Both the position numbers and the translations under genes were made by a program. The notes beneath the pieces are model-generated. The model saw nothing but the letters and a program-made list of their open reading frames with translations, was not told the origin of the DNA and did not search any database. From an uncultured Candidatus Saccharibacteria bacterium (GTDB taxonomy: Bacteria; Patescibacteriota; Minisyncoccia; Phycocordibacterales; UBA9973), in assembly GCA_964423445.1 (NCBI GenBank), contig CAYREQ010000003.1, forward strand, positions 821 to 64,820: a DNA stretch of 64,000 nucleotides, read 5' to 3'. This document shows positions 26,635-35,943 of the stretch, piece by piece (the stretch's first letter is position 1; each line of letters starts with the position of its first letter).

Positions 26635-27816
26635 TTACTGATATTGAATATAGCTAGGTTTTGGGCTTAAATTTAAAAGCTCTTTTGGGGTCAGCATAGT
26701 TGTACTAGGTGGCCAAAGATCATTTTTATAGAATAATTTAAATCCAGTAAATTGGACAGGTTCTGGATAAATAAAGTTTTTATATGTTCCAATTTTTTTT
26801 GCTCCACCTCCCCATCCATCCATATGCATTATTATTTGTACTTCAGGCAAGGGTTTTATCTGTTTGTAATTTGTCACCATCTTGCCAGTATAACGATGAA
26901 CGATGAGAACTTTTGGTGGTAAATTATTTTCTTGTACAAGTTTTGCTAGATAGTTTGCTGTAAAATTTATGTCCGTAGCATCGAGCGTACCCACGACTTT
27001 ACCTGGTCGTATACCACTTTTCATAGAAAATTCTGGGTCGACACCGAGGTGAACATTTGGTAATTTTAAATATTTTTCAAAATATGGGACTTCTGCTTGT
27101 AAATTTGAAAAACCTACTTGAATATCCAAGAAGACAATCGCATTTATTTTATCAGCCATTTTAATCACTTTATCTATTTCAGTATCAGGCATACGAGCTC
27201 TGTATTTACCATCTTTACCAGCACTTCCTTGTGCCACTACTGCAATATAGTGAAGAGCAGGAATCACTGGAGTATTTGGGTCGGCTTCTTCCCAGCGTTT
27301 TACTTCCTTATCTAACCTTTGAAACATCTCTGCCTCTTCATATTGACCCAAGACTCCCATTTTTGTGGAGTATAAATTTCCATAATAAGCTACGATACGA
27401 TTGAAGGGTAATATTGCTCCATCATTTGGATAAGGAGCTTTTGCTGGCCAGAGAGTCGGTGGATTTGGTTTTGGCTCTACGGTCACAGTAGTCTCTACTC
27501 CAGTTTTTGGGTCTTTGACTATTTTTGTAGTTGGACCTTTAGGCTCGGGATTATTTGCCAATTCAAGCATTTTTTTATCGTAGGCTATTTTGTCTAGGGG
27601 TTCTATCTCTACTACATTATCTAGCTCAGTCCCCTTTACTAGGCCTTTTGGTTTTTCTTTTTGTGCCACCTTGTCACCAGAATATGAAATTGCATTGATG
27701 AAAAAATCTGGGAAAGTATAAAATGTCACTACTAGCAATAAAAAAAATACAACAAAAAAACCAAAGTGACTGGTGATATATATTTTCTTCAGGCCATTTA
27801 TTATATTTTTTTTCAT
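26635..27816 (-). CDS. Membrane-anchored conserved hypothetical protein (possible glycoside-hydrolase-like barrel)
   Basis: RIVAYYG, LDIQVG, HLGVDPEF, MDGWG, GFKLFY. Confidence 0.6.
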   Translation of the reverse strand: MKKNIINGLKKIYITSHFGFFVVFFLLLVVTFYTFPDFFINAISYSGDKVAQKEKPKGLVKGTELDNVVEIEPLDKIAYDKKMLELANNPEPKGPTTKIVKDPKTGVETTVTVEPKPNPPTLWPAKAPYPNDGAILPFNRIVAYYGNLYSTKMGVLGQYEEAEMFQRLDKEVKRWEEADPNTPVIPALHYIAVVAQGSAGKDGKYRARMPDTEIDKVIKMADKINAIVFLDIQVGFSNLQAEVPYFEKYLKLPNVHLGVDPEFSMKSGIRPGKVVGTLDATDINFTANYLAKLVQENNLPPKVLIVHRYTGKMVTNYKQIKPLPEVQIIMHMDGWGGGAKKIGTYKNFIYPEPVQFTGFKLFYKNDLWPPSTTMLTPKELLNLSPKPSYIQYQ

Positions 27817-27822
27817 TCTTTT

Positions 27823-29010
27823 CTACAGATTTTTTGCTCTATCACCAAACTTTAGACTATATTGTTTGTTTTGATATTTTCTAACAATAACATAATTCAT
27901 GAGCCAAGTCATACCGAATAAAATCAAGAAATAAATAAGCCCTGAAAAACTAATGCTCGGTAGCTTGCTGGCAGACAAATAGCCCAATACTCCAGAAATT
28001 ACTCCGATACTTGTGATAGTCTGCAAGGATTTCAAATTGTTGCTGGTGCTCTGGTTTTTTATTTCTACCATGTTTGCAATAGCAGAAGACAAGTAATCTG
28101 AAGTCATCTTCCAAATTTCTTTTATGTATGTGAGGGTGTCTGTAAGAGTTTCAAATTTATATTCAAAAAGCATTATCAAGTCTTTATCAATATTTAAATT
28201 TTTAGCTATAGATGAACGCGTGCTCACATAAGCACCCATTTGGTTTATTCTATTACTTATCAAGCTAATTGTCTTTTGGTAAGTATCCAATTTTCCGCGT
28301 AGATTTTCCACGTCTTTTCCTTGTATTACTTTAGCTTCTTTGATATTTGATATTTCTTCCCAAATTGTACGATGAATATCTAAATACTTTTCCAATTGAT
28401 CTTTGAATTCTCGGAAAAATATCTGCATGCCTATAAGGTCTACCAATGATTTTGTAGAATCTATGGAGGCAGATATAAAAATATATTTTGAAGTTTTATA
28501 TACGGTCAAAGCGTCGCTGGATATTTTTGAATAAACTTCACCAAAAGTTTCTGTGTCAATTTTAAAATTACTGTTTTTACTCTCTCTAAAGCTGATGACT
28601 ACAGGGTGTACAGTCTTTATATTTGCTAATTTTTTAGGAGTCGGTGCCCCGCGTGAAAATATATACGATAAAGCTGGCCGTAATTTATTTTGATAATAAT
28701 CTTCTAGAATTTGATGAGTCTTGTCTATGTCTTCTTTATTGTTTGTGATTATTTCCAAAGTATACAATCCGTCTTCGTAATATCTAATCTCAATACCAGA
28801 ATCAGTCACAGCTCTTACATACTCAAAATAACCTGGCTCTCTAGAGACATGTTTCAACTTTAAAGCTTTGTGGAGCTTTTTTAATTTCTCTTTAGATAGA
28901 TGTAAATGTGAATCACCGTCACTAAATAAAAAATGTACTTCACTCAAATGAAGAGTGGTTCGCTGATACCATCCACCATAAGTGACTCGGAGTTGTCCTT
29001 CTTTCAACAT
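27823..29010 (-). CDS. Hypothetical membrane protein with long helix and two C-terminal TMs
   Basis: Long ORF; CorA-like topology but no GMN motif. Confidence 0.6.
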   Translation of the reverse strand: MLKEGQLRVTYGGWYQRTTLHLSEVHFLFSDGDSHLHLSKEKLKKLHKALKLKHVSREPGYFEYVRAVTDSGIEIRYYEDGLYTLEIITNNKEDIDKTHQILEDYYQNKLRPALSYIFSRGAPTPKKLANIKTVHPVVISFRESKNSNFKIDTETFGEVYSKISSDALTVYKTSKYIFISASIDSTKSLVDLIGMQIFFREFKDQLEKYLDIHRTIWEEISNIKEAKVIQGKDVENLRGKLDTYQKTISLISNRINQMGAYVSTRSSIAKNLNIDKDLIMLFEYKFETLTDTLTYIKEIWKMTSDYLSSAIANMVEIKNQSTSNNLKSLQTITSIGVISGVLGYLSASKLPSISFSGLIYFLILFGMTWLMNYVIVRKYQNKQYSLKFGDRAKNL

Positions 29011-29040
29011 ATTTATATTGTAACAAAAAATAGTGAAATT

Positions 29041-30783
29041 TTAAACTCTCTCACCTATTTGCTGTCTCCACATAGCAGAATATAGTCCTTGTTTTTTGAG
29101 TAGTTCGTCGTGTGAGCCTGATTCTATGATTGAACCTTTTTCAAGTACATATATAGTATCTGCATGCATAATAGTAGAAAGTCTATGGGCTATGAGTATC
29201 GTAATTCTAGAGCCGATAGTAGACACATCTCTTATAGTCTTAGTGATTTCTTCTTCGGTCAGAGAGTCGAGCGCACTCGTAGCTTCGTCAAAAATTAAAA
29301 TATTTGGCAAGCGGAGCAACGCCCGAGCGATAGATAGACGCTGGCGTTCTCCCCCAGAGACTTTTACTCCACCCTCACCTATCAAAGTATCAAGTCCTTT
29401 GCCTCCACGAGAAAGTAAATTTTGGCATTGAGCATCATCTAATGCTTTTAAACATTCTTCGTCTGTAGCGTCAGGTTTTACGAAAATCAAATTTTCACGA
29501 ATAGTTCCCGCAAAAAGCTGAGTATCTTGGGTAACAAAGCCTATCTGCCTCCTTAAATCTTCTTTGTTCATAGATTCAAAAGCTGTGTCATTGTAATGTA
29601 TTTCACCTTTTGTCGGCAAATATAGACCTACGAGCAACTTGACCAAAGACGTCTTACCAGAGCCAGATGGACCTACGAAAGCAACTGTTTTCCCTTGTGA
29701 GACATCATAAGAAATATCGGAGAGTGCTTCTTCGTTTCCAGATTTATATTTAAAGGATACATTTTTGAAAGATAATTTTTTTATAACTCCAATATCTTTT
29801 GGATTTTGGACAGTAGCTTCTTTGGGTGTCTCAATAAGTTTCTGAAAATTAGTGAGCGATGCTTCGGCTTCCCTATATATACCTATTACATTGCCTAATT
29901 CTTGGAGAGGATTAAAAATAAAGAACGAATACACAAACAAAGAGAAGAATTCACCAAAAGTAATAACATGGGTAAATATCAAATACAATAAAAAGAAGAG
30001 CAAGCTAGTACGAACAAAGTTTATGACTGTACCTTGTATAAAAGATAACGAACGCAAATAACGAAGTTTTTTTAATTCTAAATTTAATATTTTTTCAGTC
30101 GTAGTATTTAATCTACCTATTTCTTGATTGGCGAGGCCGAGTGATTTTACTAATTCAATATTACGCAATGATTCGGTAGTAGAACCAGCCAAAGCTGTAG
30201 TCTCAGATACGATGACCATCTGAATATTTTTAATTTTCTTTGAAAGAATCATGCTCATACCAGCGATAATCGGAATAGTACCAAAAAGTACAAGGGCTAT
30301 GACCCAATAAATACTGGTAGCGTATATAGCTACAAAAATAAATCCTATCAAAGACACGAAAAGTACATTTACGACAGATGCTATCAATCTCTCTGTGTCT
30401 CCCCTCACTTTCTGTAATTTACCCAGAGTCTCTCCACTTCGCTCATCTTCAAAGACACTATATGGCAAAGACAAAGCGTGAGATACACCATCTCTATATA
30501 AATCTGCACCTACTCTCTGACTGATGCCGTTTAAAAAATAATCTTGAAAATTTTTCGCAGTACGAGAAATAAAAGCTGTGCCGACTATAGCAAGGAGTAA
30601 TAATCCGACACCATAAAAAAACTCTGTCTTAGTGTACAAATCAGGCTTCATGGCATACGTATCTATGACATGTTTAAAAATATATGGGTCTAGTAAAGAA
30701 AAAATTTGATTGATACTAGCCAACACCAAAGTCAAAACACAAAGCTTCCAGTATTTTTTTAAATAACGGTAAAAAATTTTCAT
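29041..30783 (-). CDS. ABC exporter, fused permease/ATPase
   Basis: GPSGSGKT, VSGGERQR, ILIFDEATSALD, IAHRLST. Confidence 0.93.
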   Translation of the reverse strand: MKIFYRYLKKYWKLCVLTLVLASINQIFSLLDPYIFKHVIDTYAMKPDLYTKTEFFYGVGLLLLAIVGTAFISRTAKNFQDYFLNGISQRVGADLYRDGVSHALSLPYSVFEDERSGETLGKLQKVRGDTERLIASVVNVLFVSLIGFIFVAIYATSIYWVIALVLFGTIPIIAGMSMILSKKIKNIQMVIVSETTALAGSTTESLRNIELVKSLGLANQEIGRLNTTTEKILNLELKKLRYLRSLSFIQGTVINFVRTSLLFFLLYLIFTHVITFGEFFSLFVYSFFIFNPLQELGNVIGIYREAEASLTNFQKLIETPKEATVQNPKDIGVIKKLSFKNVSFKYKSGNEEALSDISYDVSQGKTVAFVGPSGSGKTSLVKLLVGLYLPTKGEIHYNDTAFESMNKEDLRRQIGFVTQDTQLFAGTIRENLIFVKPDATDEECLKALDDAQCQNLLSRGGKGLDTLIGEGGVKVSGGERQRLSIARALLRLPNILIFDEATSALDSLTEEEITKTIRDVSTIGSRITILIAHRLSTIMHADTIYVLEKGSIIESGSHDELLKKQGLYSAMWRQQIGERV

Positions 30784-30801
30784 GATTCAGTTTTTAGAAA
30801 A

Positions 30802-30969
30802 TTATTTAGCTGAATGCTCTTTGCTAAATTTAACTCCAATATAATAGGGCCAAATTATCAAAGCGAGGACTCCTTTCCAGAAAGAAAGGTGTAGGTAGCC
30901 TATAGAGAAAAGCCAGCCTATTGCCCAAAGTGTGCCAAATACATCTTGATTTATAATTATTGGTTTCAT
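30802..30969 (-). CDS. 55-aa membrane microprotein (paralog A)
   Basis: Manual translation MKPIIINQDVFGTLWAIGWLFSIGYLHLSFWKGVLALIIWPYYIGVKFSKEHSAK; paralog at 32950..33111. Confidence 0.75.
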   Translation of the reverse strand: MKPIIINQDVFGTLWAIGWLFSIGYLHLSFWKGVLALIIWPYYIGVKFSKEHSAK

Positions 30970-30978
30970 ATATATATT

Positions 30979-31863
30979 CTACTTTATTTTTGCTATTTTT
31001 TCAACAACAGAATCTTTGATATCTTCCAAGAAAAGCTGTAAGTGTGGGAAAGCTATTTCTATATCTGCCTCGTCTAGTGCATGTTTTACTTCTTCGGTTA
31101 CTGCAAAGTGTATCCTCCTCTCGATAGACGCATCCCCTATCCAGACACGAACTTGAAGCTTTACGCTAGAATCTGCTAGCTCATCTGCGACTACGTCGGG
31201 GGCTGGATTTTTCAAGACACCATCTATCTTTGAAACTTTTGCGAGTATCGCTTCTCTCGCTTTTTCTATGGATTCTTTGTATGCAATACCTACAGAGACC
31301 ACTATTCTCGTGTCTCCATTTGTAGTGTGGTCTACCAATATATCATTTATTATTTTCTGGTTTGGTATGACTACATAAGTATTATCTTGAGTTCTAATTC
31401 TAGTACTTCGTATTGTAATCTCTTCTACGCGACCATACTCATTTTGATATGTGAGATAATCTCCTACTCGGAAAGGCTTGTCTATAAAAATCAAAAAGCC
31501 GGCTATGACATTTGATAAAGCGTCTTGGGATGCAAAACCTATGGCTATACCGACGACTCCGACTCCAGCCAAAGCTGAAGATACATTGAAGCCGAGCTGT
31601 TTGGCTATGGTCACTATCGCGAGGACCCCTAGAATGACTCTAAGTATTACGTCTATGATATTTATCAGAGCTTTTTCAACACGGAATTTTCTGAGGATAA
31701 AATTGAACGGAATAGAAATTATGAAATATAAAATCGTAAAAGAAATCAATACCAAGAAAGACCCAAAAATATTTGGCAACATTTCTATGATCTTTGCTTT
31801 TAAAACCATAGGCTCTAAATTAAAGAAAAATTTTGACATATTTTTATTGTAGCAATTTTGCAC
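30979..31863 (-). CDS. Small-conductance mechanosensitive channel (MscS family)
   Basis: GIAIGFASQD.LSN..AG, KPFRVGD, IPN; start may be 31839. Confidence 0.92.
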   Translation of the reverse strand: MQNCYNKNMSKFFFNLEPMVLKAKIIEMLPNIFGSFLVLISFTILYFIISIPFNFILRKFRVEKALINIIDVILRVILGVLAIVTIAKQLGFNVSSALAGVGVVGIAIGFASQDALSNVIAGFLIFIDKPFRVGDYLTYQNEYGRVEEITIRSTRIRTQDNTYVVIPNQKIINDILVDHTTNGDTRIVVSVGIAYKESIEKAREAILAKVSKIDGVLKNPAPDVVADELADSSVKLQVRVWIGDASIERRIHFAVTEEVKHALDEADIEIAFPHLQLFLEDIKDSVVEKIAKIK

Positions 31864-31874
31864 TAAATCTCAAA

Positions 31875-32456
31875 TTATTTTGACCTAGCGTTCTTTAAAG
31901 CATTACTCCACCATAAAAGCTGAGTAATCATACTCTTAGCCTTTTCAGTATACTTTGCAAAAAGTTCTGCTGGTGTACCTTGGCCAAACAATACTGGGAA
32001 ATATAATTCACCATTTATATTTATAGATTCTCGTATTGGAGACATTTGTAATTCTATAGCATTGAGGCGTAACTGCTCTACAGCCCGTGCACCACCTACA
32101 GTACCGTAACTCACAAAAGCCACTGGCTTGTTGTTCCATTCTTGGTATACCCAATCAAGAGCATTTTTTAATACTGCTGTAGTACCACGATTGTATTCTG
32201 GGGTGACTATCACATAAGCATCTGCTTCAGCTATCTTTGTAGTAAAACGAGCCACGGCTTCATTTTTATATGGTTCTGTCTTGTATGATGGACTGACTGC
32301 CTCATTGAAAAATGGCATCTCGTAATCTCGTAAGTCTAATACTTCTACTGTTACATCTGTCTCTTTCTTTAATTCTTCAGCTATCCAAGCTCCGGCTTTA
32401 TCACCAAAGCGACCCTCTCTAGTACTACCTATTATTACTTTTATATTGTGTGACAT
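31875..32456 (-). CDS. NADPH-dependent FMN reductase
   Basis: GSTREGR, TPEYN...LKNALD, GGARAVEQLR. Confidence 0.92.
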   Translation of the reverse strand: MSHNIKVIIGSTREGRFGDKAGAWIAEELKKETDVTVEVLDLRDYEMPFFNEAVSPSYKTEPYKNEAVARFTTKIAEADAYVIVTPEYNRGTTAVLKNALDWVYQEWNNKPVAFVSYGTVGGARAVEQLRLNAIELQMSPIRESININGELYFPVLFGQGTPAELFAKYTEKAKSMITQLLWWSNALKNARSK

Positions 32457-32477
32457 AATTTTTTTTAAATATTAATT

Positions 32478-32780
32478 TTATAATTTATTTTTTTTAATTT
32501 CGTTTGGGCAAATTTGTTCAGAGAGACGTTTTAGGAGCCCTACTGTGTGCTCGGTATTTAGTGTGTATAATACTTCTTGGCCACGCTTTTCATCATTTAC
32601 TAAACCTGTCTCTTTTAATACTCGAAGATGCTGGGAAACCAAAGGCTGAGAGAGCTTTGTCTTTTTTACAAGCTCATTTACTGTTTTCGGACCAGAAAAC
32701 AGAGCTTCAATAATATGATATCGGGAGGTATTACCTATACCCTTCCCGAATTTTTCCATGTCATCGCATAAACTTCCCAT
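32478..32780 (-). CDS. ArsR/SmtB family transcriptional regulator
   Basis: R..II..L, SQPLVSQHLRVLKETGLV...RG..V.Y. Confidence 0.92.
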   Translation of the reverse strand: MGSLCDDMEKFGKGIGNTSRYHIIEALFSGPKTVNELVKKTKLSQPLVSQHLRVLKETGLVNDEKRGQEVLYTLNTEHTVGLLKRLSEQICPNEIKKNKL

Positions 32781-32786
32781 ATAAAT

Positions 32787-32815
32787 ATATTAGCATATGC
32801 TTATATGATATGCAA
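32787..32815 (-). promoter_or_regulatory. Sigma70 promoter with overlapping palindromic operator for arsR operon
   Basis: Minus strand TTGCAT-17nt-TAATAT (TGn extended) 6 nt before ATG; palindrome ATATtAGCATATGCTtATAT at 32787-32806. Confidence 0.7.
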
Positions 32816-32828
32816 ATAAAAAAAGCTT

Positions 32829-32948
32829 CTATTTATTTTCGTAAGAAATTATCATCTCGGTCAGGCTGGGTAACCAATATTTTTGAGTGACTAGTAACCC
32901 AAGACCGATGATTATCAATATAAATAAAAATATTCTAATGGCTTTCAT
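32829..32948 (-). CDS. 39-aa single-TM microprotein
   Basis: Manual translation MKAIRIFLFILIIIGLGLLVTQKYWLPSLTEMIISYENK; starts 1 nt after upstream stop. Confidence 0.6.
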   Translation of the reverse strand: MKAIRIFLFILIIIGLGLLVTQKYWLPSLTEMIISYENK

Positions 32949-32949
32949 A

Positions 32950-33111
32950 TTAACCAATGATAGAAAATGCCAAGCCTAAAAAGTATGGCCAGACGAATAA
33001 TGCGAGTACACCTTTCCAGAAAGTAAGCTTTAAAAATCCTATAGTAAAAAGCCACGCCATAATCCAGACACCTCCTGTAAACAAATTGTTTTCTATTTTA
33101 ATTTTTTGCAT
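32950..33111 (-). CDS. 53-aa membrane microprotein (paralog B)
   Basis: Manual translation MQKIKIENNLFTGGVWIMAWLFTIGFLKLTFWKGVLALFVWPYFLGLAFSIIG. Confidence 0.75.
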   Translation of the reverse strand: MQKIKIENNLFTGGVWIMAWLFTIGFLKLTFWKGVLALFVWPYFLGLAFSIIG

Positions 33112-33132
33112 ATATTAATTATATCAAATATA

Positions 33133-33435
33133 TTATTCCTTTTCCTCTCCCCACTGCCATCTAGGCTTTTCACCTTTTTTATAACAGATATAAATCAGTG
33201 CCACAGAATAAGCGATGAGTCTCGGTGCAAAAACAATGAGCGTATCACTAGCGGAGTGCTGTGTAGCATCAATCATCTTAAAACTATATACCAAGACTAA
33301 TACATAGATTAAAATCACTACCCAGCCCTGCCATTTTACTGGTGTCCAGCCCCAGCCATACAACTTTCTCTTAAACCAATATCCTTTTGGATTGTTGGTA
33401 AAATATTTATGCCATTTTTCAAAAAGTTCTTTCAT
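33133..33435 (-). CDS. Trp-rich small membrane protein
   Basis: WFKRKLYGWGWTP..WQGW, GEKPRWQWG. Confidence 0.7.
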   Translation of the reverse strand: MKELFEKWHKYFTNNPKGYWFKRKLYGWGWTPVKWQGWVVILIYVLVLVYSFKMIDATQHSASDTLIVFAPRLIAYSVALIYICYKKGEKPRWQWGEEKE

Positions 33436-33438
33436 TTT

Positions 33439-33954
33439 TTAAAGATTTATACCTAGTAAGTTTAAAAGAATTGGAGCCAATGGGTCTGCACTCAATCCAT
33501 ATACCATTACTCCCCCTAATATTCCGGTGACAGAGATAGCTAAAAATCCATAGACTGCTAAAACTTTTGAAAAAGTATTGTTTGTAAATATTTTTTCAAG
33601 CTTAGCTGAAATACTCGTGATGATTCCAATTTTTAATTTTGGAATAAAACTTATATTCAAAATAGAAAGTAATTCACCTAGAAAAAGTGTTCCGTAAGTA
33701 AATGTAGACATTGATGCAAATAATGAGTGCATCTCTACGAGGTCATGATTTGGTTTTACCAAATGCTCTGCTGTCTCCCCTGTAGCTAGTGCTGCAAATG
33801 CTCCAAATATACCAGCGGTCAAAAGTACTTGCTCTATCTGCCTCCATGAAATACTTGGAAACCATTTTTTAAATGGCACGACTTTGATAAAAGAATATAG
33901 TAAAAGTAATGCTATAGGAAAATGCACAAAAACAGGATGAAAATTGTATGTCAT
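33439..33954 (-). CDS. DUF2231 family membrane protein
   Basis: HPVFVHFPIAL, ATG..AE, H, GGVMVY. Confidence 0.8.
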   Translation of the reverse strand: MTYNFHPVFVHFPIALLLLYSFIKVVPFKKWFPSISWRQIEQVLLTAGIFGAFAALATGETAEHLVKPNHDLVEMHSLFASMSTFTYGTLFLGELLSILNISFIPKLKIGIITSISAKLEKIFTNNTFSKVLAVYGFLAISVTGILGGVMVYGLSADPLAPILLNLLGINL

Positions 33955-33989
33955 ATATTAAGTATACTACTCTCGCATATCTAGGACAA

Positions 33990-34466
33990 TTAACCCCTAA
34001 TAGCTGATTCTATGGTAGCTATATCGATTTTTTTCATAGTCATCATAGCGTCGAAAGCTCTTTTAGATTCTTCTCCTCCTTTTCCCAAAGCTTGAGTGAG
34101 GGCGCGAGGTGTAATCTGCCATGATACTCCCCATTTATCTTTGCACCATCCACACTCGCTCTCTTTACCACCATTTCCGACTATGGCATTCCAATAGCGG
34201 TCTGTCTCTTCTTGGTCTTCTGTAGTAATTTGAAAAGAGAATGCTTCACTTTGTTTAAACATCGGACCACCATTTAATCCCATGCAAGGAATTCCATAGA
34301 CAGTAAATTCTACAGTGAGCACATCACCCTTTTTCCCATCTGGAAAATCACTAGGTGCATGAAAAACATTTCTCACCTCACTGTCAGGAAAAGTTTCTGC
34401 ATAAAACTTTGCGGCATCCTCTGCCCCTTTTTCAAACCAAAGACATATTGTATTTTTGTGTATCAT
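33990..34466 (-). CDS. VOC-family protein (PhnB/3-demethylubiquinone-9 3-methyltransferase-like)
   Basis: CLWF..AE.AA.FY, LNGGP.F, QEETDRYW, CGWCKDKWGVSWQI. Confidence 0.9.
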   Translation of the reverse strand: MIHKNTICLWFEKGAEDAAKFYAETFPDSEVRNVFHAPSDFPDGKKGDVLTVEFTVYGIPCMGLNGGPMFKQSEAFSFQITTEDQEETDRYWNAIVGNGGKESECGWCKDKWGVSWQITPRALTQALGKGGEESKRAFDAMMTMKKIDIATIESAIRG

Positions 34467-34508
34467 GTTTCTATTATATCAAAAGTATGTTATTTTAAGA
34501 AGGTAAAT

Positions 34509-34579
34509 TGGGAGATCGTCTAATGGTAGGACAACAGGTTCTGGTCCTGTTTATCTAGGTTCGAGTCCTAGTCTCCCAG
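34509..34579 (+). tRNA. tRNA-Gln(CTG)
   Basis: TGGGAGA/TCTCCCA acceptor, ACAGG-TTCTGGT-CCTGT anticodon arm, TTCGAGT T-loop; CCA not encoded. Confidence 0.95.
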
Positions 34580-34625
34580 CATTATAAAATGCTATAATCT
34601 AGCTATTAAAAATAGCAATAAACAT

Positions 34626-35147
34626 ATGTCAAAAAATTTAATTTCAGTGCTTATATTGGGTGTGGTTCTAGTAGGAGGTTACTTTATAATTAAAAACGGT
34701 AAGAGGCCAGATACTGCTCCAGCTGTATACAATGAGATGAATAATGGAGAAGAAATAGCAAATAGTGCAGGTAAAAAGATGGCTTTTAGTGAATTCCTAA
34801 AGACAAATACTTCTTCATATAAATGTGATGTAAAGCAAGCTATGAGTGACTTTGAAAACAGTGGCACAGTATATGTAGACGGCCAAAAAGTCAGAGGAGA
34901 TTTTAGTACTATCGCTGAAGGTAAGACTATGACTACTTCCCTAATCGTGAGAGACGACACTTCATATATGTGGTCAAATGGAGAAAATGGTCTACCAGAG
35001 ATTGGTTTTAAAGCAAAAGTAAATAGTGAAAACAATCTAGAAGGATGGAGAGAAAGTATCGGAGATTATGATTGTGAACTTTGGACAGTGGATGAAGCGA
35101 TGTTTGCTGTACCTACAAATATCACTTTCCAAGAAGTGGGAGCGTAA
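34626..35147 (+). CDS. Hypothetical membrane-anchored protein
   Basis: N-terminal TM; C..., G.VYV....RGDF, YMWS, YDC..W.VD..MF.VP..I.F. Confidence 0.65.
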   Translation: MSKNLISVLILGVVLVGGYFIIKNGKRPDTAPAVYNEMNNGEEIANSAGKKMAFSEFLKTNTSSYKCDVKQAMSDFENSGTVYVDGQKVRGDFSTIAEGKTMTTSLIVRDDTSYMWSNGENGLPEIGFKAKVNSENNLEGWRESIGDYDCELWTVDEAMFAVPTNITFQEVGA

Positions 35148-35153
35148 ATAAAA

Positions 35154-35900
35154 ATGAAAAGTAATAAAAATTATATCTACATAGCTCTATTTATTTTCTT
35201 AGTTATCATAGGATTGTATTTCAAGTATCAAAAGAGTGACACTACCCTCCCAATAGAAAATCCGAGCGGAGAATTGCCAAATGATAAAGCCTCAGTCACT
35301 ATAACTACAAAAGAAATAAAGGAGGCAAACTTTACCGGTAAAGTCTCAGTCGTCTCGGGTGATAATATCTTGGCAAAAAAAGCACAGTCTTATATAGACG
35401 AGGCTGTAAAGACATTTAAGGAACAAGCAGACAAAGACGTGCCAGATATCAGAAGAGAGTTTGGCGTAGATACTCCGTCTTCTCAATATGAGATAATCAT
35501 AGAAGCAAAATACATAACTAGTGAAAAGACAGAATCAGTGGCAATGCTCACCTACGAATACACTGGTGGAGCTCATGGAAATAATTCTTACAATGTCATC
35601 ACTGCATCAAAGACAAGTGGAGAGATTTTGGCTTTGAATAGTATGATAAAGACAGACAAGCAAAAATCTTTTACTGATTTTGTAAAAAAAGAATTATACG
35701 CTTGGCGACCATTTGATAGCACAGACACAGTAGTATTCACCGAAGAAGTAAGTGCTCTAAATTTTGATTCTTTCAAAAATTGGTCACTAGCCAATGAAAA
35801 TTTAATTTTATACTTTAGCCAATACGACATAGGCCCCGGAGTCTTGGGTCCTGTCGCCTACCCTATACCACTCGAAAAGGTAAAAGACATGCTGAAATAG
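35154..35900 (+). CDS. RsiV/PdaC (DUF3298/DUF4163) family protein
   Basis: YTGGAHGN, LYFSQYDIGP...G. Confidence 0.8.
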   Translation: MKSNKNYIYIALFIFLVIIGLYFKYQKSDTTLPIENPSGELPNDKASVTITTKEIKEANFTGKVSVVSGDNILAKKAQSYIDEAVKTFKEQADKDVPDIRREFGVDTPSSQYEIIIEAKYITSEKTESVAMLTYEYTGGAHGNNSYNVITASKTSGEILALNSMIKTDKQKSFTDFVKKELYAWRPFDSTDTVVFTEEVSALNFDSFKNWSLANENLILYFSQYDIGPGVLGPVAYPIPLEKVKDMLK

Positions 35901-35901
35901 A

Positions 35902-35939
35902 AATAAAAAAACCGCCAAATGTTTGGCGGTTTTTTTATT
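35902..35939. terminator. Bidirectional intrinsic terminator
   Basis: aataaaaaaaccgccaaa-tg-tttggcggtttttttatt between convergent genes. Confidence 0.9.
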
Positions 35940-35943
35940 GTTT

